A stretch of DNA of 64,000 nucleotides, taken from positions 1,056,001 through 1,120,000 of the forward strand of contig OY761159.2 in NCBI GenBank assembly GCA_963664395.2, written 5' to 3'. The notes below the pieces were generated by a model, which was not told the origin of the DNA, ran no database searches, and was given only the letters and a program-made list of their open reading frames with translations. The position numbers and the translations under genes are program-made. The DNA comes from Candidatus Binatia bacterium (GTDB lineage: Bacteria; Desulfobacterota; Binatia; Bin18). This document shows, piece by piece, positions 57,527 through 64,000 of this stretch (its first letter is position 1; each line of letters begins with the position of its first letter).

Positions 57527-58753
57527 ATGGGTACGATAGTCTTGCGCGACGGCATCATTTTCGATGGCCACAGTCCTGAGCTACTCGACGGGGCAGACGT
57601 CCTGATCGAAGATGGCGAAATCAAGGAGGTTTCTGAGCGGCCGCTCAAGGCCGCCAGCGCTCAGGAAATCCGCCTGGGTGGTCGTTTTCTCATGCCCGGT
57701 CTGATCGACGCCCACTTTCATGCCTATGCCGCCCACGTCAATCTCGCCAGCCTGGACGATTGGCCGATGTCGCTTTTGAGTCAACATGCCCGGACGTTTT
57801 TAGAAGATGCCCTGCAACGTGGCTTTACGAGCGTGCGGGATGCGGCTGGAGCGGATTTTGGACTGGCCGCCGCGGTTGAGCAGGGGTTGATCAAGGGGCC
57901 CCGTCTCTTTTTCTCGGGCCGGGCCTTGAGCCAAACCGGCGGGCATGGCGATACGCGGCCAGTCAAACATTTTGAACCCTGCGCCTGCGGCTTTCAGGGC
58001 TGCCTCTCACAAGTAGCGGACGGGGTGGACGCGGTCCGCCGGGCGGCCCGGGAAGAGCTGCGCAAAGGGGCACATCAGATCAAAATCATGGCCACGGGCG
58101 GCCTCTCCTCACCCACCGACCCGGTGTGGATGCTGCAATACTCGGACGAGGAAATCCGCGCCGCGGTCGAGGAGGCGGCCTCGCGGCGCACCTATGTCAT
58201 GGCCCACGCCTACACCGCGGAAGCCATTGCCCGCGTCGTCAAGCTGGGGGTGCGCTCAATCGAGCACGCCAATCTGATTGACCGGCCAACCGCAGAACTG
58301 GTCGCCCAGCACGGCGCGTATGTCGTCCCCACCCTCGTGACCTATGAAACCCTCGGAGAGCTGGGCAAGGAGTTGGGCCTGCCCGAGGGTAATATCGCTA
58401 AGCTGAAAGAGATCCGGACTGCGGGACTGACCTCGCTTGAGCTGTGTCAGGCGGCCGGGATCAAGTTGGGCTACGGGACCGATCTGCTGGGGAGTTTGCA
58501 CGCCCAGCAGTGTCGCGAGTTCCTGATCCGGCGGGAGGTCCTCAACCCTATCGATATTCTGCGTTCGGCAACGACGATCAACGCCGAGATCCTGAACCAA
58601 GCGGGAAAACTCGGCACGGTCGCTCCGGGGGCGTACGCCGACTTGGTTGTGTTTGATGGCAATCCGCTTGAAGATGTCGGCGTCTTGCAGCCCGAGGCCG
58701 GCGGGCCACGCCTGGTCATGAAGGCCGGTGCGATCTATAAGAACTCTTTGTGA
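57527..58753 (+). CDS. metal-dependent amidohydrolase (Xaa-Pro dipeptidase/ochratoxinase-like)
   Basis: PGLIDAH.H, GFT.VRDA.G, TGGHGD, IK..ATGG, AHA, IEH, GTD. Confidence 0.94.
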   Translation: MGTIVLRDGIIFDGHSPELLDGADVLIEDGEIKEVSERPLKAASAQEIRLGGRFLMPGLIDAHFHAYAAHVNLASLDDWPMSLLSQHARTFLEDALQRGFTSVRDAAGADFGLAAAVEQGLIKGPRLFFSGRALSQTGGHGDTRPVKHFEPCACGFQGCLSQVADGVDAVRRAAREELRKGAHQIKIMATGGLSSPTDPVWMLQYSDEEIRAAVEEAASRRTYVMAHAYTAEAIARVVKLGVRSIEHANLIDRPTAELVAQHGAYVVPTLVTYETLGELGKELGLPEGNIAKLKEIRTAGLTSLELCQAAGIKLGYGTDLLGSLHAQQCREFLIRREVLNPIDILRSATTINAEILNQAGKLGTVAPGAYADLVVFDGNPLEDVGVLQPEAGGPRLVMKAGAIYKNSL

Positions 58754-58773
58754 CGAGGCGCTGTATCTGCAAT

Positions 58774-59268
58774 CTAGCCCTCCACCTGTTCAGCGAGTCG
58801 CTGGGCGGTATCAATCAACGGTTGGGTCAGCGCCGCCACCTCGGGGTCGGCACACATCATAATCTTGTCCGGGTCCGCAGCGAGAGGATCAACATCCACA
58901 TGGCGGTGTGCGATGCGCCACTGCCCGGCCTGTTTCACCAAACGGTCCACGTAGCGCCCTTGGCCGAAGATCTTATACCCACCCGGGGTCGCAAGCGTTG
59001 CCAGGACGCTGACCTGTCCGGTCGCTTCGTTTCCATCGACCTCATACAGTAAGTTGCTGGTCATGTGCCGACAGCGAATTTCCCGCACATGCACGCGGGC
59101 ATACTCGCGCAGAGCCGCATGACCGCGGACCACCCAGGTTGCGACCTGAAAAGCCCCGTCCGGGGTGAAACACTGCACCCAGGCTTCGGGGTCCAGGCTG
59201 TCTATCGCATGGGCATAGCGAGCACACAATTCTTGGATGGCGAGCTTCTCGATCCAGGTCTGTTCCAT
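58774..59268 (-). CDS. SnoaL/NTF2-like family protein
   Basis: I.EL.ARYA..ID, F..DG, RH..SN, GRY.D.L....G.WRI..R. Confidence 0.88.
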   Translation of the reverse strand: MEQTWIEKLAIQELCARYAHAIDSLDPEAWVQCFTPDGAFQVATWVVRGHAALREYARVHVREIRCRHMTSNLLYEVDGNEATGQVSVLATLATPGGYKIFGQGRYVDRLVKQAGQWRIAHRHVDVDPLAADPDKIMMCADPEVAALTQPLIDTAQRLAEQVEG

Positions 59269-59386
59269 ACCACACCTCTGCCTTTCTTTTGCCTTCACTT
59301 TCTCTCATGAATATAACGCTGAGTTCAAGAGCGATATTTGGGGGAGTCCGACTCGTCTGAGGGACAGCCAGGAAAGTTCCCCTCCT

Positions 59387-59858
59387 ATGAAGCGAGCCAT
59401 ACGTTTCGCTGTATGCAGGTTTGGAGAAGGCGGGCCGAAACCGGAGCGAGCTTACCATCGACCTGTTTGTGACGATGAGCATCAACGAGGACGAAAGCCT
59501 GGCCCTCAACGATGTCCGAGCCTGGGCCACCAGTCAGGCCGCAACCTTCCATACCTGGAAACAGCTTCCCCCGACCTGGGAGCGCTTTCGGCCGGATTTC
59601 GAACGCGCGGCGCAGCACTACCGGCTGGTTGAGCACTTGTCTCTACGCGCCGGTCACAAAGAAATTGTGAGTAATGAATTTGTGCAGGCCGTCGCTATTG
59701 CGGGCAATAGACGCACGTGTCTCGATCGACTGAACGAGTTGGCCCGGCTTGATATTGACCGGATAACGTTCGCTCTCCTGTCCGGCGGACGGATACGCCG
59801 CCTAGACGAGTTGGCAAACCATATTATGCCCGGCCTTGCTGGGGTAGAGTCGAGCTGA
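59387..59858 (+). pseudogene. LLM-class oxidoreductase remnant with large internal deletion/frameshift
   Basis: MKRAIRFAVCR start at 59387, then out-of-frame C-terminal part EKAGR....AIAG....C..RL.EL....MP. Confidence 0.65.
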
Positions 59859-59861
59859 GCG

Positions 59862-60200
59862 TCAGGTCAGTGGTATAAAATCGTATTCACCGGCCTGCAA
59901 AACCAAGAACACCACTGACTCCTCCCCCGCGTTCGTCACAAGGTGGGGGCGGCGTGGTACCACCGCGTAGGTCTCACCGGGCGCCAGGCGAACGTCTTCT
60001 TTGGGGTCTTGCATAAATATACGCAGGTGGCCGTGGAGAACGTAGAAGGTATCCTGGACATCGGTGTGGGAGTGCCAGGGGACTTTCTGGCTTGGGCTGA
60101 GCTGTAGTTCGGCGATCTGAAATCCTGGTCGTTGGGCGTGGTAGACCAAGCGCTCGACTTCCAATAGAGAACTCGGATTCCTGAGCGGTTCCCTTTTCAT
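59862..60200 (-). CDS. cupin domain protein
   Basis: PWHSH...DTFYVL.G...L.PGE....P..PH...N. Confidence 0.9.
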   Translation of the reverse strand: MKREPLRNPSSLLEVERLVYHAQRPGFQIAELQLSPSQKVPWHSHTDVQDTFYVLHGHLRIFMQDPKEDVRLAPGETYAVVPRRPHLVTNAGEESVVFLVLQAGEYDFIPLT

Positions 60201-60275
60201 TTGTATGTTCCTCTTTCGCAAACTCTTGTCTTGATAACAATTCGATTTCAACTAAGGCCCTAGAAGGAGAATGAT

Positions 60276-61196
60276 ATGCCCAATTCAGTTGAGCCTCGAT
60301 CCGTCGATAGTTTTATTGCTTTCTTCGATGTGCTGGGGTGGAAGTCCTTGGTTCGCACTACGGAAAAAGACAATGGTTTCTCCGTGCAGAAGGTTGTTGA
60401 TGTTCTGAACATGATCAGATCGGAGCTGGAAAGATGTCGTTATTTTTATAAGAAAGATGGTCCTGAAATTTGTCCCTCTGCACCATTTATCAAGAAAGAT
60501 ATGGATTTCCGTTTTACTTTGTCTTCCGATAGCGTTGTTCTTTCATCCGAAGTCTCCCCGGCAGGGCTCGTCAATCTTCTCAACTGTTGTCGGGTTGTAT
60601 ATTTCAAGTTGTTTTTGAGGAAAGAACTCATGTGTCGCGGTTATATTAAACGTGGACTAATCTACCACACGGCAGATTATTGTGTAGGCAGCGGTCTTAA
60701 TGATGTTGTCGAAGGGGAGAAGAGGGTTTCTATCTTCAAGACGGAGGATGGTGAACGTGGGACTCCTTTCGTCGAGGTTGACAGGAATATTGTTCAATAC
60801 GTCAATGATGAAACATCTGATAGTTGTGTAAAAGAAACATTTTCAGAGTTTGTCAAGATGAAAGATGGTGTTGCTGCCATCTTTCCGTTCAAACGTCTCG
60901 ATCCTGGTAGCTTCGGGGATGGAAGGTTCGATCCCGATAAAGAACGTCAAACAATCGCTACTGTTCGTAATTGGATAGATAAAGCGAAGGAAATGGTGCG
61001 CCGTCATGTTGATCCTTCCAGCGACTCTGCACGCCGAAAGGAACGTTGTCTGATTCGGATGCTTGATGACCAACTCGACATCTGTGATCGTACGGAAAAG
61101 GCAATCCACGAGATGACAGAGCCATATCCAGCCCATACATTGCCGAGTTTCCCCATCCCAGGATTAAAAAAAGACGCGACCGGTAATAGAGCTTGA
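60276..61196 (+). CDS. hypothetical protein with class III nucleotidyl-cyclase-like N-terminus (AT-rich)
   Basis: AFFDVLGWKSL...SSDS...CRG.I..G......G.GL pattern; AGGAG RBS. Confidence 0.6.
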   Translation: MPNSVEPRSVDSFIAFFDVLGWKSLVRTTEKDNGFSVQKVVDVLNMIRSELERCRYFYKKDGPEICPSAPFIKKDMDFRFTLSSDSVVLSSEVSPAGLVNLLNCCRVVYFKLFLRKELMCRGYIKRGLIYHTADYCVGSGLNDVVEGEKRVSIFKTEDGERGTPFVEVDRNIVQYVNDETSDSCVKETFSEFVKMKDGVAAIFPFKRLDPGSFGDGRFDPDKERQTIATVRNWIDKAKEMVRRHVDPSSDSARRKERCLIRMLDDQLDICDRTEKAIHEMTEPYPAHTLPSFPIPGLKKDATGNRA

Positions 61197-61246
61197 GTGG
61201 TTTAAGGGCATTGCGTTTTGCCTTCCCCTTCGCCACAACAGAGCCC

Positions 61247-64000
61247 ATGACGCGACTCTCCTGGAATGAAATCCGTGTCCGCGCCGCCGCATTTGCCGAG
61301 GAGTGGCGGAACGCAGCCTATGAGAAAGGCCAGACGCAGAGCTTCTACAACGACTTTTTCAATACCTTCGGTGTTAAGCGGAGCAGCGTTGCTCGCTATG
61401 AGGAGCATGTCAGGAAGCTGGACAATCGTTCGGGCTTCATTGACCTGTTCTGGCCGGGCGTCCTCCTGGTCGAACAAAAGAGTGCTGGCCGCGACCTGAC
61501 CAAAGCATACGAACAAGCTGGCGACTACTTCGACGCCCTGCCCGAGCAAGAACGTCCACGCTACATCCTGGTCAGCGACTTTCAGACTTTCGAGTTGCAC
61601 GACCTGGACGAGCGGGAACGCGCGTTTTTCGCTCTGGCCGACCTGCCTCAGCACGTGGAGAAGTTCGGCTTTATCCTGGGCATACAAAAGCGCACCTTCA
61701 AGGATCAGGACCCGGTCAACATTCAGGCGTCCGAACTCATGGGCCACCTGCACGACGCGCTCGAACACTCCGGCTACACCGGCCACGACCTGGAGCTGTT
61801 TCTGGTGCGTACCGTGTTCTGCCTGTTTGCCGACGATACCGGCATCTTCGAGCCGCGCGACATCTTCCTTGATTTCCTGGAAACCCGCACCAGCGAGGAC
61901 GGCGCTGACTTGGGGCCGTGGTTGGCCCAACTCTTCCAGGTACTGGATACGCCAGAGACAAAACGCGCGGCCACGCTGGACGAAGATCTGGCGGCTTTTC
62001 CCTACGTCAATGGCGAACTATTCCGGGAGTCGGCGCGCATTCCGTCCTTTACTGCGTCCATGCGGCAGTCATTGCTTGACGCCTGCCGATTTGACTGGAC
62101 TGCGATCTCTCCGGCAATTTTCGGTGCACTGTTCCAATCGGTCATGGAAACCGCAGCACGTCGAATCCAGGGTGCGCATTACACCACCGAGCGGAATATT
62201 CTGAAAGTAATTGAGCCATTGTTCCTGGATGACCTCAAGACGGAGTTCGCACATCTGAAGGCACGCAAGGACAGCCGTAAGCGGGCCGACCTCCTGGCCT
62301 TCCAACAGCGACTCGGGCAACTGACCTTCTTAGACCCAGCCTGCGGTTGTGGCAATTTTTTGATTATCACCTATCGGGAACTACGCTTGCTCGAAATCGA
62401 GGTGCTACGAACGCTACGGGAGTTGGCGGGCGAAACGGATCAACGGGTACTGAACGTCGCCGAGCTTTCCAGGGTAAACGTGGATCAGTTCTACGGAATT
62501 GAGATTGGCGAGTTCCCGGTCCGAATTGCGGAGACCGCGCTCTGGATGATGGACCACATCATGAACAGTCGGCTGAGCCTGGAGTTCGGCCAGACCTACG
62601 CTCGTATTCCACTCATCGCCTCACCCCACATTGTGCATGGTGATTCCCTGGAAATCGATTGGGCGGCTGTCCTCCCGCCGGAGCAGTGCAGTTACGTGCT
62701 CGGCAATCCGCCGTTCGGTGGATTCGTCATGCGCGATAAGCAAAAGCAGATACAAACCAAATCCATAATGGCCAAGCTTGGCGCTACGGGTTCGCGTCTC
62801 GACTACGTCGCAGCCTGGTTCCTGAAAGCTGGGGCTTATCTCAAAGGAAAGCCTGCGCGGATAGCTTTTGTTGCAACCAACTCTATCACCCAAGGCGAGC
62901 AGGTGGCGCAACTCTGGCCGACACTATTCAACCGGTACAACCTTGAGATCATGTTTGGTCATAGGACTTTCCCTTGGGGATCGGACGCGCGTGGTGTCGC
63001 CCACGTCCATGTAGTGATTATCGGTTTATCCGACCATAAATCTACGCCTCTTAAACGGCGACTCTTCACATATGAGCATTCAGCCGACGAACCCGACGAG
63101 GTCGAACTCGCTCAGATGAGTCCGTATCTTGTTGATGCGAGCCATTTGAGTGACCCGCATCTTGTCGTTGCAAGACATAGGAGTTCCATCTCTAGTCTTC
63201 CCAGGATCGGTGTTGGTACTAAGCCGGTCGATGGAGGTCATTATATCTTTGACCGGGAACAGCGTGAGGAATTTCTGAAACAAGAACCTGGGGCATCCGA
63301 ATTGCTTCGCCCTTTCATTGGGTCAAAGGAATATATCAACGGCAAAGAACGTTGGATTCTCCTCACCTTGGGCGTTTCACCAGCGAAGTTGAGAGCAATG
63401 CCAAGCGTTATGGAGCGGATTCGTACTGTACGGGAGTTCAGAACACATCACACAGGCAATCTCGCGAATGCACTTGCAGGACAACCCATGGAGTTTCACG
63501 TAACTGTAGTTCCTAATACTGAATTTCTGGTCGTACCCGAAGCAAGCTCCCAACGCCGCAAATATGTTCCCATCGGATTTTTACAACCTCCCACTATTCC
63601 CAGCAATCAACTCCTAGTAGTGGAAAACGCAACATTATCCCTCTTTGCGTTACTGACCTCTGCCATGCACATGGCTTGGCTTCGTCATGTCGGAGGGCGG
63701 CTAAAAAGCGATTATCGCTATTCAACAGGCTTGGTCTACAACACTTTCCCCTCGCCACCCGAGGACACAGACCTATCGAAGCTGGAGCCGCTGGCCCAAA
63801 CCGTACTCGACGCCCGCGCGACCCATCCCGGCGCGACCCTGGCCGACCTGTACGACCCCGACCTGATGCCGTCCAACCTGCGCAAAGCTCACACGGCACT
63901 CGACCGCGCGGTGGACCGTCTCTATCGTCGTGGCGGCTTTACCTCTGAATGCGAACGGGTAGAACATCTGTCCGGGCTGTATGAAAAAATGCAGGTACCA
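61247..64000 (+). CDS. MmeI-like type IIL restriction-modification enzyme / N6-adenine DNA methyltransferase (stop beyond window)
   Basis: Not in ORF track (open to edge). Manual translation: MTRLSWNEIR...FIDLFWPG.LLVEQKS (PD-ExK nuclease), GAHYT, DPACGCGNFL, GNPPF, NSITQGEQ, LADLYDP..MP..L.KAH..LD.AVD..Y. Confidence 0.93.
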   Translation, partial: MTRLSWNEIRVRAAAFAEEWRNAAYEKGQTQSFYNDFFNTFGVKRSSVARYEEHVRKLDNRSGFIDLFWPGVLLVEQKSAGRDLTKAYEQAGDYFDALPEQERPRYILVSDFQTFELHDLDERERAFFALADLPQHVEKFGFILGIQKRTFKDQDPVNIQASELMGHLHDALEHSGYTGHDLELFLVRTVFCLFADDTGIFEPRDIFLDFLETRTSEDGADLGPWLAQLFQVLDTPETKRAATLDEDLAAFPYVNGELFRESARIPSFTASMRQSLLDACRFDWTAISPAIFGALFQSVMETAARRIQGAHYTTERNILKVIEPLFLDDLKTEFAHLKARKDSRKRADLLAFQQRLGQLTFLDPACGCGNFLIITYRELRLLEIEVLRTLRELAGETDQRVLNVAELSRVNVDQFYGIEIGEFPVRIAETALWMMDHIMNSRLSLEFGQTYARIPLIASPHIVHGDSLEIDWAAVLPPEQCSYVLGNPPFGGFVMRDKQKQIQTKSIMAKLGATGSRLDYVAAWFLKAGAYLKGKPARIAFVATNSITQGEQVAQLWPTLFNRYNLEIMFGHRTFPWGSDARGVAHVHVVIIGLSDHKSTPLKRRLFTYEHSADEPDEVELAQMSPYLVDASHLSDPHLVVARHRSSISSLPRIGVGTKPVDGGHYIFDREQREEFLKQEPGASELLRPFIGSKEYINGKERWILLTLGVSPAKLRAMPSVMERIRTVREFRTHHTGNLANALAGQPMEFHVTVVPNTEFLVVPEASSQRRKYVPIGFLQPPTIPSNQLLVVENATLSLFALLTSAMHMAWLRHVGGRLKSDYRYSTGLVYNTFPSPPEDTDLSKLEPLAQTVLDARATHPGATLADLYDPDLMPSNLRKAHTALDRAVDRLYRRGGFTSECERVEHLSGLYEKMQVP

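Noticed and set aside
61202-63967. Short ORFs listed over the right end
   Set aside because: Shadows of the long MmeI-like reading frame from 61247
1-64000. tRNA, rRNA, integrase or transposase genes
   Set aside because: None recognised by eye; tRNAscan/ISEScan would be needed to exclude them

Overview
GC-rich bacterial window dense in catabolic genes: 3 Rieske oxygenase large subunits, 5 intact luciferase-like (LLM) oxidoreductases plus 2 remnants, 2 amidase-signature amidases, 3 amidohydrolases, 3 family III CoA-transferases, and CoxL-like, HpaB-like and CnbZ-like enzymes. These are interspersed with toxin-antitoxin genes and REP-like palindromes. The left end is a divergent urease operon (ureE-ureF-ureAB-ureC, ureC truncated by the edge). 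The right end is an MmeI-like type IIL restriction-modification gene (open to the edge), preceded by an AT-rich nucleotidyl-cyclase-like ORF. A central ~11-kb block encodes three large secreted proteins with unrelated N-terminal cargo and the same ~400-aa C-terminal module, plus a stand-alone copy of a protease propeptide. The strongest candidates for something new are: (1) a tandem pair of related multi-stem non-coding elements at 13400-13684, located where a vapC toxin gene would be expected; (2) the shared C-terminal module, a possible sorting/anchoring signal; (3) a urease with the visible Ni ligands intact but a remodelled substrate loop; (4) a twice-repeated Rieske plus small-protein pair. 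The gene content resembles sponge-associated Binatia/Tectomicrobia-like symbionts, but that is inference only. All family calls are from motif recognition by eye; no searches were run.
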